Source: Nitrosopumilus sp. (GTDB lineage: Archaea; Thermoproteota; Nitrososphaeria; Nitrososphaerales; Nitrosopumilaceae). Taken from it: DNA of 64,000 nt. A model generated the notes under the pieces. It made no database searches and was not told where the DNA came from. It saw only the letters and a program-made list of their open reading frames with translations. Position 1 is the first letter of the stretch. Each line of letters begins with the position of its first letter. The stretch is from NCBI GenBank assembly GCA_963662625.1, contig OY759726.1, forward strand, positions 1,216,001 to 1,280,000, written 5' to 3'. The position numbers and the translations under genes were made by a program. Below are positions 29,337-39,309 of this stretch, in pieces.

Positions 29337-30479
29337 CTATGAAACGCCAAGGTCGCCGAACGTCTTCAGCTTCAACCCGTCCGAGTTGGACAGCTTTGCG
29401 ACCCTGTGGCCTATGACCACCTGGATCCCTGCCTTCTTGGCGCCCTCCAAGAGCCTCTGGGTGATTATGCCGTCCAGCAGGAGGTACTTGATCCCGGACT
29501 GGGTAGAGAGCTTGCTGACCACCTCGCTTATCGGGACCTTGAAGATCTCCTTCTGCTTGTCGTCAAGCGCGACCGCCTCGAGCGTCTCGTTCAGTTTCGG
29601 GTATATCTTCGAGACCATGTCTGCCATCGGCTTGTCGGACTCGTTTTTCAGCGTGGGCGCGGCCTTGCCGTGCTTGATCTCGTCGGCGACGGGCCTGAGG
29701 ATCTCGTCTATGCGTTTCGGGCTGAGCTCCTCCACCTCCATCCCGTTGTCCGCCCTAAGCTCGTAGTCGATCGGGACGACGGACCTGAGCTCCTTCAGGA
29801 TGAACCCGCCGGCGCGGTCGCCGTCGGTGAATGCCACCACGGTGTCCTTGGAATTGCACAGCTTCTTGATGGACTCGTCGATCTTCGCGCCCTCGATGGC
29901 AATCGAGTTGCCGTACCCTGCCCTAAGTAGGTTGATCACGTCGGCCCTCCCCTCGACCAGGATGATCCAGCCCGACTCCATCGCGCTCGGGCCGCAGGCC
30001 AGCTTGGACGGCCCGTACGCCGAGATCTTCCTGCCGTCCCCGGCATGTACGTCCTTCAGCATGCTCTCCCCCTCGCTGACGGTCTTTGTCGCCCAGCGTT
30101 GCTTGATCTCCTTTGCGCGCTTTACGATGTCGTCCTTCTTCGCGGCCCTGACGTCGTCGATCGAGTCGAGCTTGAAACTGCATTCGAACGGCCCGACCTT
30201 GTCGATGCTCTCTATGCCCGCGGCGATCAGCGCGCATGTGTCGATATCGGTGCTCATGGGGATGATCACGGCCCCGGAAGTCGTGTTGGAGGTGGTTCTG
30301 GAGGTTACCTCTATGCGGCCCACCTTGGACACGCGCTGCAGCTCGTTCAGGTTCATCTCCGGGCCCAGCAGTCCCTCTGTCTGGCCGAAGATTGCGCCGA
30401 TTATGTCTGCTCTTTCAACGAGCCCGTCAACTTCGTAGGAAAGCTTAACATGATACTTGACAATTCCCGATTGAGGCAT
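29337..30479 (-). CDS. dnaG: Archaeal DnaG-type primase / exosome-associated protein
   Basis: GAIFGQTEGLLG, VEGRADV, TDGDRAG (TOPRIM). Confidence 0.95.
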   Translation of the reverse strand: MPQSGIVKYHVKLSYEVDGLVERADIIGAIFGQTEGLLGPEMNLNELQRVSKVGRIEVTSRTTSNTTSGAVIIPMSTDIDTCALIAAGIESIDKVGPFECSFKLDSIDDVRAAKKDDIVKRAKEIKQRWATKTVSEGESMLKDVHAGDGRKISAYGPSKLACGPSAMESGWIILVEGRADVINLLRAGYGNSIAIEGAKIDESIKKLCNSKDTVVAFTDGDRAGGFILKELRSVVPIDYELRADNGMEVEELSPKRIDEILRPVADEIKHGKAAPTLKNESDKPMADMVSKIYPKLNETLEAVALDDKQKEIFKVPISEVVSKLSTQSGIKYLLLDGIITQRLLEGAKKAGIQVVIGHRVAKLSNSDGLKLKTFGDLGVS

Positions 30480-30723
30480 AAATTATTCATCTCCTTAATT
30501 ATCATACAGTTCCATCTCAGTCTCTATATATGAGGGTATCGCAAGAAATGCCGCAAAAACCCCGAAAATTGCCCAAAATCGGGCGTTTTTTGGCCCGGCT
30601 GCCACGGCGCGCAGTCTATTGCTGGCCCGGTTTTCAGACAAAAAACAACCCGCAAAGGCAGATTTGGGCAGGGCTGTGCCACAGCCTGGCTGGGCGGGAC
30701 GGATTAAAAATGGGGGTTGTGGG

Positions 30724-31074
30724 TTACTCGGTGCTAAACGAGTGGCCGCACGAGCAGGACTTTACGACGTTCGGGTTGTTGATCTTGAACCCCGAGCCCA
30801 TGAGGCTCTCGATATAGTCCACGTTTGCACCTTTCAGGTGATCCACGCTGTAGCTGTCTACCAGGAGCTTGACCCCGTTCTCCTCCATGACTAGGTCGTC
30901 CTCTTCGGCCGCCTTCTCAAAGCCCATTCCGTAGGACAGGCCCGAACACCCGCCGCCCTGGACGTATACGCGCAGGTACTCGGGTTTCTCGGCTTCATCC
31001 TTCATGAACTCCTTGATCTTTTCGGCGGCCTTTGGCGTGACCGTGATCATCTTCTGGGTCTGTTCAGATGCCAT
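30724..31074 (-). CDS. A-type Fe-S cluster carrier (IscA/ErpA/HesB family)
   Basis: GGGCSG and SCSCGHSF motifs. Confidence 0.95.
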   Translation of the reverse strand: MASEQTQKMITVTPKAAEKIKEFMKDEAEKPEYLRVYVQGGGCSGLSYGMGFEKAAEEDDLVMEENGVKLLVDSYSVDHLKGANVDYIESLMGSGFKINNPNVVKSCSCGHSFSTE

Positions 31075-31131
31075 ATTGACTAAGGCCGCGTTAAATTATA
31101 ATAACCTTTTTGTCAGCCCTCGCCCGTCAAT

Positions 31132-32167
31132 TGTAGGGAAAGTCGGTCCGCATCGGATCAAGAGGACGGTAGCCGGCCATTTTAGGCTGTACCGATCACG
31201 GAAGGCCATGACAGGAAGACTTGCTGAGGGGTCCCGGAAGTACCTGGTCAGGCAGCGAGAGAAGGGCGTGCCGTCATCCCAAGTGGCGCGGGATCTGGGA
31301 ATCGCCGCCAGGCACGTGCGGGGGCCGTGGGCGGGGTTCCCGGAGGCCGGAACGGCGGCGGCGGGGACGGGCAGGCCGCGCGCCTGCATGACCGCCGCCA
31401 TGATGCGGCTGGTCACCGGCGCCCACGGGAGGCGCCCTGCGGGCGTGGTGCGCACCGCGAGGCGCCCCAGGAGGGACCATGATACAAGCTGCCGCCCCGC
31501 ATGCCGGATACTGGAGAAGGCCGGGGCGGCGGCCGCGTCTGCCGCAAAACCGGGGAGGCGCGAGCGGGCGCGCCACGGGCGCAAATGCCCGGACGCCACG
31601 TGGCACGCCGGCTGGCACGGGACGAAGGACCCCCGGTTCAGGGGCCCCCGGCTGGTCGCGTACCCGGGCGGCGCCCCGCGGTGCGCGGTGGCCGCGCGCG
31701 TGCTCGCGCAGGCCACGCCGGGGAACGCCGTGCCGGCGCCCAGGGACGCGATCGGGCGGTTCGGCACGCCGGCCACCGTGCTCCCCGGCAACGGCCCGTG
31801 CTTCGTGGGCCGGAACGGACGCAGGAAGGCCCCTCCCCGGCCGTGGAAGCCCACCGCGTCCGGGGCGGAGCTGCCGGGCCTCGGGATCGAGCTCATAGAC
31901 GCCAGGCCGCACCGCCCCCAGACCAACGGGAAGGCCGGGAGGTTCTTCCGGAGCGCGGGGGACGGGACATGGCGCCACGGGAGCATGTCCGAGCACGTGG
32001 CGTACTGCAACGAGGACAGGCCGCGCTTCTCCCCGGACACCGGCAACTGCCAGACCCCGCTGAAGGCCTTCCATGGCAAGTAGGCCGTGGCAGCGATCAG
32101 GGAGAGCAACCCGGGATGGATGGAGGCGGAGGCGGATGGCTAGCGGACCGACTTTTCATACACTACA
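31132..32167 (+). mobile_element. Degenerate IS481-family insertion sequence
   Basis: TGT...ACA ends; imperfect IRs (TGTAGGGAAAGTCGGTCCG / CGGACCGACTTTTCATACACTACA); 15-bp direct repeat GTCAGCCCTCGCCCG at 31112-31126 and 32168-32182; rve-like ORF with RPHRPQTNGK. Confidence 0.85.
31208..32143 (+). pseudogene. IS481 transposase relic; catalytic acidic residues replaced by Gly; internal TAG at 32081
   Basis: WHAGWH, YPGGAPR, LPGNGPCF, GKAGRFF read as degenerate WHxDW, YLDDASR, LSDNG, GKxERFF. Confidence 0.8.
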
Positions 32168-32348
32168 GTCAGCCCTCGCCCGGGGCGTGCGTGCACGGCC
32201 GTCACACGGGGAGCGATCCGGACGGCCCGCGTTCCCCGGGCAGCAGCCCACGCGCGTGCGTGCGACGCGGCGCTGCTGGACGCGGCGTGGCCGGCCCGGA
32301 GGCGCCTAGGCCGGGACTGACCTGGCCCCCGCATACTGGCTTGCCGGG

Positions 32349-32455
32349 GTGATGCGCCGGCGGCCGCCCCGGCAGGACAGTGACCCGCCACGGGGTCGAA
32401 TCCCGCGCAGGGCTCCGTGTGATGCGCCGGCGGCCGCCCCGGCAGGACAGTGACC
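32349..32455. repeat. Two identical 37-bp direct repeats separated by 33 bp
   Basis: GTGATGCGCCGGCGGCCGCCCCGGCAGGACAGTGACC at 32349-32385 and 32419-32455. Confidence 0.9.
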
Positions 32456-32764
32456 GCGGCCCCGGGACGCTCCCCCCAGGCGGCCATGCCACGGGATCCT
32501 CGCACGATGCGGCGTCGGATCCGGATCCCCGGCCGTGTGGGGAGCCGCGCGGCCACCGGCGAACCGCACGGCACCGCCACCCGGCGAAATCACTGCTGTC
32601 CCGGCAGCCATCCCCTGACGCCACCCCGTGGCGGCACTGCCTCGGCTGGGGGCACGTTCCGCACGGCCTCCCTCCAAGCCCGCCGCCACGCCGGGAACGG
32701 CCGATCGCCCCGAAGATCGATCCAAATAGCAATCGAAAAATACCGGTCAGCATCCAGTCCACTT

Positions 32765-32868
32765 GCAGAGGTATCGAAGCCCGGTCAACCGAGAAGGACT
32801 CAAGATCTTTCAGTTAGGAAATCCTTTCTCTTAGGAGTTCGTGGGTTCAAATCCCGCCCTCTGCACCA
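32765..32868 (+). tRNA. tRNA-Leu(CAA) with ~16-nt intron (about 32805-32820) and encoded CCA
   Basis: Acceptor stem GCAGAGG/CCTCTGC, anticodon stem AAGGA/TCCTT with CAA at 32801-32803, long variable arm, GGTTCAAATCC T-arm. Confidence 0.92.
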
Positions 32869-32955
32869 TTGTCCGGCGGCCGCGAGGCCGACAGAGTTGA
32901 ATAAACCCGGACGCCTGCATTTTTCTTACCGTGGCCCGGGGAACGCCAGCTCGCG

Positions 32956-33078
32956 TCATGCGGTGATTGCCTTTACTTTGGTCACCGAGTGGTTTGAAAT
33001 CCGCTTGTGCATGTCTGCAAGCTGCTTCTCTTTAAAGGAAAGACTGCACCTGAAACATCTCCAAACGACCTCGGACAT
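32956..33078 (-). CDS. 40-aa C2H2-type zinc-finger microprotein
   Basis: Not in ORF track; MSEVVWRCFRCSLSFKEKQLADMHKRISNH...; AT-rich TATA-like sequence upstream. Confidence 0.7.
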   Translation of the reverse strand: MSEVVWRCFRCSLSFKEKQLADMHKRISNHSVTKVKAITA

Positions 33079-33322
33079 GTAGTATATAACGCACATTTTG
33101 CTTATAAATATATTGAATGAAGGATCCGTATCCGCCCCGATTGACGGATATCGTCCGTCATTTCGTCATTCCAGCACGAAAGCGCACACCGTTGCAGCTG
33201 CGCGCAACATGGGGTGCGGACGCCGCCGCGATCGACATCCTGCGGGGCTTCCCGGAACTTTTCGCCGCGCCCCCGGCCCGCCGATCCAAAGGGTTTAGAA
33301 ACAAACCGCCACGACACCAGTC

Positions 33323-33943
33323 ATGGCAGATTTTTTTGAGCTCTTCGCCGAGTACTCGTACTTTGGGATATTCCTAGTGCTGGTGGCAATCAACGCGTCC
33401 CCAGTCCTCATGCCGCCCACCTGGATAGTCCTCTCGTCGTTTTACGCGTTTGATCCCTCCTTGGACCCGCTCGCCCTTGCGCTGGTCGGGGCGACGGGGG
33501 CCACCGCGGGACGCTTCGCCCTCAAGCGGGCCAGCGGGATGTTCAGGAAGTTCGTGGCGCCCGAGCAAAAGTCCAACCTGGACGTAATCGGGGACTTCCT
33601 GAACCGGAAAAAATACGGCTACGTCGCGGCGTCGTTTCTTTTTGCGGCCACCCCGCTGCCAAGCAACATGCTTTTTGTCGCCTACGGCCTCATGCGCGCA
33701 AGGGGAATCGGCCTGTACCTGGGCTTCTGGGCCGGGCGCGTCCTGTCCTACTATGTCATGGTAAGCATAAGCGGCATAGTCCTCACGCCATTCCTCCAGA
33801 TCTTCGAGGAGCGCTACATCGGCATCATCGCGGCCGACGCGCTGGGGGTGGGCGTGGTGATCCTGTTCGCCTCGATCCGCTGGGATCTGCTGATAACCCA
33901 GAGGAGGCTAAAGTTTGTAAGGCCGCGGCTGTGGAGGTTCTAG
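33323..33943 (+). CDS. Membrane protein (DedA/VTT-like)
   Basis: Multiple TM helices, FAATPLPSN motif. Confidence 0.75.
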   Translation: MADFFELFAEYSYFGIFLVLVAINASPVLMPPTWIVLSSFYAFDPSLDPLALALVGATGATAGRFALKRASGMFRKFVAPEQKSNLDVIGDFLNRKKYGYVAASFLFAATPLPSNMLFVAYGLMRARGIGLYLGFWAGRVLSYYVMVSISGIVLTPFLQIFEERYIGIIAADALGVGVVILFASIRWDLLITQRRLKFVRPRLWRF

Positions 33944-33944
33944 C

Positions 33945-34564
33945 GTGGAAGTGTCGGAATCCCTGGCGCGCGAGGTAAGGTCCAGGATGGCAAACGACCC
34001 ATCTCACGACTTCGGCCACGTGATGCGGGTGTGCGGCAACGCCAAAAGAATATGCCGGGACGAGGGCGCCGACGAGCGGCTCGTCCTCGCCGCCGCCATG
34101 CTCCACGACCTCGTGTCCCTCCCAAAGTCGGACCGGCGCCCGGGCCTCTCCGCTGCAGAAAGCGCCCGGGAGGCGGGGCGGATCCTGCAGAGGCACGGCT
34201 TCACGCCCGCCGAGACGCGGGTGGTCTGCGACGCCATACGCGACCACAGCTTTCGGGAAACGCTGCCCCGGGTTCCCGCGAGGGCAGGATCCTCCAGGAT
34301 GCCGACCGGCTCGACGCCATGGGCGCCATAGGCATAGCGCGGGTCTTCGGGGTGAGCGGCTCCGAGGGGCGGCCGTTTTACAACCGGGACGATCCCTTCT
34401 GCACGGGGCGGGAGCCGGACGACAAGGCGTGGGCGCTGGACCATTTCTACAGCAAGCTGCTGAGGCTGGAGCCTATGATGCACACTAGGTACGGGAGGGC
34501 CGAGGCCGCGAAAAGGACCGCGGTGCTGAGGGATTTCCTGGCGCGGCTCAGGGAAGAGATCTAG
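33945..34564 (+). pseudogene. HD-domain phosphohydrolase, frameshifted
   Basis: SHDFGHVMRV...MLHD in one frame, QDADRLDAMGAIGIAR in another; rejoined by one extra T at the TTT run 34251-34253 (DHSF|SGN). Confidence 0.82.
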
Positions 34565-34872
34565 CCGTAGTCCACGTACCTGTCGTACCTCTTCTCGACC
34601 TCCTTGTTTTCCCCCGACAGGATCTTCCCGAACTCCTCCTCCTTCCTGAACTCTATGTACCTGCTCATGTCGGCAAGCCTCTCGTCAGGGCCGTAGCTGC
34701 CAAACAGCGGCTCCAGCATCCTCAGGTATTCCAGGGTCTTTTCCCTGTACTGCTGGCGCGTGGGCCTCCTTACCCCGTTCATCCTGAACCATATCACCGC
34801 CCAGCTGGAGCCCACGACGTGCGGCAGCAGGTCGAAGGCCCTTTCTATCTCAAAGCGCTCGTCGTTTCTCAT
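34561..34872 (-). CDS. Hypothetical protein (103 aa)
   Basis: ATGA overlap with the hemB stop; host-like codon usage. Confidence 0.75.
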   Translation of the reverse strand: MRNDERFEIERAFDLLPHVVGSSWAVIWFRMNGVRRPTRQQYREKTLEYLRMLEPLFGSYGPDERLADMSRYIEFRKEEEFGKILSGENKEVEKRYDRYVDYG

Positions 34873-35849
34873 GACTGCCCGAGGAACCCAGCCGCTGACT
34901 TTGCAAAGTACGTCACTATCATGTCGGCGCCGGCGCGCTTTATCGAGTACAGGATCTCCTCGGTGACGGCCCTCTCGTCGACCCACCCCCGGCTAGCGGC
35001 GCCCTTGACCAGGGCGTACTCCCCCGACACGCTGTACGCCGCCACCGGCACGTTGAACCTCCTCCTGGCCTCGGCGATCAGGTCCAGGTATGCCAGCGCC
35101 GGCTTTATCATCACGATGTCCACGCCCTCCGCGACGTCGGACTCGACCTCCCTCATGGACTCCCTGGGGTTGGTAAACGGGACTTGGTACGCCTTCCTGT
35201 CCCCGAACTTGGGCGTGCACTCCGCGGCGTCCCTGAACGGCGAGTAAAATGACGAGCGGTGCTTTGCCGAGTGGGACATGATCGACACGTCCGCAAACCC
35301 CTCGTCGTCCAGCGCGGACCTGATCGCGGCCACCTGCCCGTCCATCATGGCAGACGGCGACACCGTGTCGACCCCGGCCCTGGCCTGGCTCACCGCGATC
35401 TTTGCCAGGGTCTCGACGCTGCGGTCGTTGTCTATCGTGCCGCCGCCCACGATCCCGCAGTGGCCCGCCGTCGTGTACTGGCACAGGCAGACGTCTGCCA
35501 TCACCACCATCCTGTCGCCAAAGTTCTGGCGGATGCTGGAGATCGCCCCCTGCACCACCCCGTCCTCGGCAAACGCGGACGACCCCGCGTCGTCCTTGGC
35601 CGCCGGGATGCCGAACAGCATCACCGCCGGTATTCCCAGGTCCGCGATGGCCCCGACCTCGTCGCTGACGTCGCCCGGCGGCAGCCTTTCCACCCCGGAC
35701 ATCGAGCCCACCCCGGCCCTGGCCTTGAGGCCCTCATGCACGAAGACCGGGCAGATGAGATCCCCCGCAGACAACGCCGTCTCCTTGGCCAGCTCCCTCA
35801 TGCCCGGGGAGGACCTCATCCTTCTGAGCCGCCTGGCGGGAAATGACAT
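34869..35849 (-). CDS. hemB: Porphobilinogen synthase
   Basis: DVCLCQYTTAGHCG, SAMMDG, FYSPFRDA, AYSVSGEY. Confidence 0.97.
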   Translation of the reverse strand: MSFPARRLRRMRSSPGMRELAKETALSAGDLICPVFVHEGLKARAGVGSMSGVERLPPGDVSDEVGAIADLGIPAVMLFGIPAAKDDAGSSAFAEDGVVQGAISSIRQNFGDRMVVMADVCLCQYTTAGHCGIVGGGTIDNDRSVETLAKIAVSQARAGVDTVSPSAMMDGQVAAIRSALDDEGFADVSIMSHSAKHRSSFYSPFRDAAECTPKFGDRKAYQVPFTNPRESMREVESDVAEGVDIVMIKPALAYLDLIAEARRRFNVPVAAYSVSGEYALVKGAASRGWVDERAVTEEILYSIKRAGADMIVTYFAKSAAGFLGQS

Positions 35850-35879
35850 GCCGGGGGTCGGGCTTCGCAAAATATAATC

Positions 35880-37142
35880 CTAGTCCGGCCTGCCCTGCTT
35901 GTAGTCGAACAGCCTGCTTGCGGCATCCAGGACGCCGGGCTTCCCCTGCTCGGTGGCCTTGCGGAGGTTGTTCATAGGGGTCGACACTATGCTCTCCACC
36001 ACCGCCTTGGTCAGCTCCTCGATGATCTTGATCCTCTCCTCGTCCGTCTCGTCGAGCATCTGCAGCGCCTTCTTCAGCTCCCTCTCGCGGAGCGCGTCGA
36101 CGCTCTTGAAGACGTCCTTGACCAGCGGTTCTGCATCCAATCTCTTCATAGAGGCCTCTAGTACGTTCACCTCCTCGTTAATTATATTTTCAATCGCCTT
36201 GACCTTGCCCCGGCGCGCCTTCATGTTCTTCTCCACCATCTCGGCGATCTGGTCCAGGTTCATCAGCTTGACCCCCCCTATGGTGGCCACCCTCTCGTCG
36301 ACGGTCCTCGGGTTCGACAGGTCCAGGATCATCATCCCGCCGTCGCGCCCCCCCATGGCGCCCGTGATCCTGCCGAACGTCACCAGGAAGTACGGGGCCG
36401 TCGTGGCTACGAACAGCACGTCGTAGTTCTCGAACCCGGCTAGCACGTCCTCGAACCTTACCGGCGCGCCGCCCATAGTCTCGCAGAACGCCTTGGACCT
36501 GTTGAGCGTCCTGCTGGTCACGTCAAACCCGTAGCCCCTGCGCCTCAGCGACTTTGCCACCAGCGTGGAGACCTCGCCGGTCCCGATCAGCAGGATCCTC
36601 CTCGACTTCATCCCGTCGACGTTCTCCTCGGCCAGCTTCACCGCCATGGATCCCACCGAGATCCCGCCCCTGCTGATGCCGCTGGAGTTCCGTATCCGGG
36701 TGCCGATCCTGATCGCCTTGTCAAACAGCGTGTTGAGGTGCTGCCCCGAGGCCCTCGCCCCCCTAGCGGACGCGATGGAGTCCTTTATCTGCCCCAGGAT
36801 CTGCTCCTCGCCCAGCACCATAGAGTCGAGCCCCGAGGTCAGCTTGAGCAGGTGGCGCATCGCGTCCCTGTCCTCGACCGCCTCCAGGTTCTCCCTGAAC
36901 GCGGCCTCCTCCAGCCCGGTTATGGACGCCCACGTCTTCTTGATCCTCTCCAGGTCGCAGCGCCCTGACTTCCCGAACAGCTCGATCCTGTTGCACGTCT
37001 GGATGATCACGCACTCGTCCAGGCCCGAGTGTTGCATGAACTGCCCGTACGCATCCCCCACGTCCCTGATCGTGAACCGCTCCAGGACGTGTATCGGGGA
37101 GTTCCTGAACGTGACCCGTGCGTTTATTATCTTTTGATTCAT
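35880..37142 (-). CDS. hemA: Glutamyl-tRNA reductase
   Basis: QTCNRIE, SGLDSMVLGEEQILGQ, IGTGE. Confidence 0.97.
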   Translation of the reverse strand: MNQKIINARVTFRNSPIHVLERFTIRDVGDAYGQFMQHSGLDECVIIQTCNRIELFGKSGRCDLERIKKTWASITGLEEAAFRENLEAVEDRDAMRHLLKLTSGLDSMVLGEEQILGQIKDSIASARGARASGQHLNTLFDKAIRIGTRIRNSSGISRGGISVGSMAVKLAEENVDGMKSRRILLIGTGEVSTLVAKSLRRRGYGFDVTSRTLNRSKAFCETMGGAPVRFEDVLAGFENYDVLFVATTAPYFLVTFGRITGAMGGRDGGMMILDLSNPRTVDERVATIGGVKLMNLDQIAEMVEKNMKARRGKVKAIENIINEEVNVLEASMKRLDAEPLVKDVFKSVDALRERELKKALQMLDETDEERIKIIEELTKAVVESIVSTPMNNLRKATEQGKPGVLDAASRLFDYKQGRPD

Positions 37143-37792
37143 CCCAAGTCCCTCAGCATGGCGGCCACCCTGTCTTCCGCCTTGTCCAGCATCCCGTCTT
37201 TTATTAACTGTTTAATTCCCTCGTCCCCGGCGACCCCAGCGAGGAACGCCTTCCTTGCCTCCTGGGACGGGATCCTCTCCAGCGCCATGCCCCTGGCGAT
37301 CTCCTGCAGCCTGATCTGGCCTATGTCCTCTCTGGAGACTATCCTCCCGACGTTCTTCTCGATGTTTGCCCTCAGCCTCCTTGCCATGCCCGGGCTCCGC
37401 CCCCCGGTGTATACGGCGATCTGCACGGCGCCCTCCACGTCCACGGTGGCCAGGTTCGCAAAGTCGCTCGACTCCGGGTCGTCCGAGCTGTAGGCGGTGA
37501 TCCTCCTCTCCCTCGCGTGGGACACTATCCTCCGGTTCAGCCCGCGGTCGTCCGTGGTGGCCATGACCACGTCCGGCCCGTACGCCTCGAAGAACCCCAT
37601 GTCGCCGACCTTCTCCTCCACGAGCCTTACCCTGCCCCCGCCGGCCAGCGCGGCGATCCTGGGATCCGTCGCGTCGCTGATCACGGTTATCCTGCACCGC
37701 TCGCCCAGCAGTGAGCTGATCCTCTTGAAGGCCTCGCGGCCGCCCCCCACGACCACCACGTCCCTGCCCTGGAGGTTCAGGTTGACTATCAA
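37139..37792 (-). CDS. sirC: Precorrin-2 dehydrogenase / sirohydrochlorin ferrochelatase (SirC/CysG N-terminal type)
   Basis: VVVGGG, ATTDDRGLN, TGGRSP. Confidence 0.9.
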   Translation of the reverse strand: MIVNLNLQGRDVVVVGGGREAFKRISSLLGERCRITVISDATDPRIAALAGGGRVRLVEEKVGDMGFFEAYGPDVVMATTDDRGLNRRIVSHARERRITAYSSDDPESSDFANLATVDVEGAVQIAVYTGGRSPGMARRLRANIEKNVGRIVSREDIGQIRLQEIARGMALERIPSQEARKAFLAGVAGDEGIKQLIKDGMLDKAEDRVAAMLRDLG

Positions 37793-38120
37793 CGATCAAA
37801 AAATCCCGGGTTTCTATTTATGTATTCGACGGGCGCAGGCGTGCGTGCCCCGCCCCGGCCAGATCCGCGCAGCCGGCCCGCGAGCCCGGGCATGCGCCCC
37901 CTGCCCTGCCCCTCCCGGGCCGGCGGATTCCGGGACCGCCATGCCGCGCGGGGGGATGCCGCCGCGGGCAAACCGGACGGGGGGAACGCCGCACGGGACG
38001 GGGGGGGGGGGGGCTGCGGCCCGGGGACGTGCCTTGTTTACGGGCAGTCGGGCCCATGCCCCGCTGATCTGGCCGGCGTGGCCTTCCCTTGGCCGCGCCC
38101 GGCCGGGACATGCGAAGCCG

Positions 38121-38627
38121 TCACTCCAGGTAAAGGCTGATTGCCTGCCTTATTCCGTGGTACTCCGTGTCGGACTTGGCAAGGTTCCCGACTTCGTCCC
38201 AGTTGATCTTTGGGGCACAGCGGACGGCCAGCCTCCGTAGGTCTTCAATGTCTTGGTCGCGCCCTGCCCGGAACTTTGCGACGATCAGCCCTTCCAGGGA
38301 GATGGCATCGACGGTAGTCCCTTTCCCGTCCACGGGTACCGCCGTTGCGGTCTTTATGATGTGACCAAGCGGGATGCCGTTCAGGTCCCGCCTGTCGTAC
38401 GCGTCAATCCTGTACCCCCTTGGCGTGGTTTTTCTGGCATTTTGGTGGTCTATTTTGTACCCCTTGTTCAAAAACTCGTCGGTGGTAACCTGTCCGGCAA
38501 CAACGAGATCCAGATCCTGATACTGCCGTTGCTCACGGGCGTGCAACATAACCGCGACTGCCCCGACGAACGTGGCGGTTCCAAAGTCACGGGAAATGCA
38601 CACAGCTTCCCTAATTATCGGGTTCAC
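38121..38627 (-). CDS. Nucleotidyltransferase (AbiEii/DUF6036-like), putative toxin
   Basis: VGAVAV...R...DLDL NTase motif and C-terminal LIVAKFRAGRDQDIEDL. Confidence 0.75.
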   Translation of the reverse strand: MNPIIREAVCISRDFGTATFVGAVAVMLHAREQRQYQDLDLVVAGQVTTDEFLNKGYKIDHQNARKTTPRGYRIDAYDRRDLNGIPLGHIIKTATAVPVDGKGTTVDAISLEGLIVAKFRAGRDQDIEDLRRLAVRCAPKINWDEVGNLAKSDTEYHGIRQAISLYLE

Positions 38628-39309
38628 TTGGCAGGCCCTCTTGGACTTTCAGCACGGTGTCCCACGCAAACCTGACCCTGGTCTTTATCGCGTCCCCGTG
38701 GGTCAGCATGATGGCGGCGGCGTCCAGAAAGTCCCGTCCCCCGCTTGCCACGCAGTCAAGGAAGACCCGCTCGATCTGATTCTCAAAAGAGCCGATCTTT
38801 GGAAGCAGCACGACGTTGCCCCTCTTTCCCTCCCTGAACCCGCAGCCCTTCAGGAACCTGGAGACTTTCTCCACGTCGTTCACGTAGACGTACAGGTCGA
38901 GCGGGGTCTGGAACCCCGTCAGCTCGTGGGCCATGTGATCAAGCGTTATGATGGAACCCTCAGGAAGGTGTTTTTTCATAAATCTGACGTCGGTCGGCCT
39001 GTAATATCGCCCGAACCTTCTGGCCTTCTTGAGTGCCATCAGGGAAGGGGCTATCCTGCGCAAGACGGCGTACGGCTGGGAAACCACCTCTCTTTTTACC
39101 GTAAACCTCCCGCGGTCGTAGTCTGCCAGCCCCATCTCTTCCAGAACGGCCAGCCTTCTTCTGATTGTCCTGGCAGACAGGTTGACCGCGCCTTCCACGT
39201 CCCTTAGGTTATAGGCCGGCCTGGGGGGCAGCTTCTGCGCGAACCCGATCGCGCCGCTTGCCTTCTCGAACACCGGCACGGGTTCCTGCATCTTCATATG
39301 ATCAATCAT
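38611..39309 (-). CDS. Winged-HTH protein, putative type IV antitoxin-like regulator
   Basis: N-terminal HTH (NLSARTIRRRLAVLEEMGL), C-terminal ERVFLDC (AbiEi-like); overlaps the NTase start. Confidence 0.65.
   Translation of the reverse strand: MIDHMKMQEPVPVFEKASGAIGFAQKLPPRPAYNLRDVEGAVNLSARTIRRRLAVLEEMGLADYDRGRFTVKREVVSQPYAVLRRIAPSLMALKKARRFGRYYRPTDVRFMKKHLPEGSIITLDHMAHELTGFQTPLDLYVYVNDVEKVSRFLKGCGFREGKRGNVVLLPKIGSFENQIERVFLDCVASGGRDFLDAAAIMLTHGDAIKTRVRFAWDTVLKVQEGLPSEPDN

Noticed and set aside
32349-32455. CRISPR array
   Set aside because: Only two repeats, very GC-rich, no leader or cas genes
32805-32820. tRNA intron as unusual
   Set aside because: Short anticodon-loop introns are common in archaeal tRNAs
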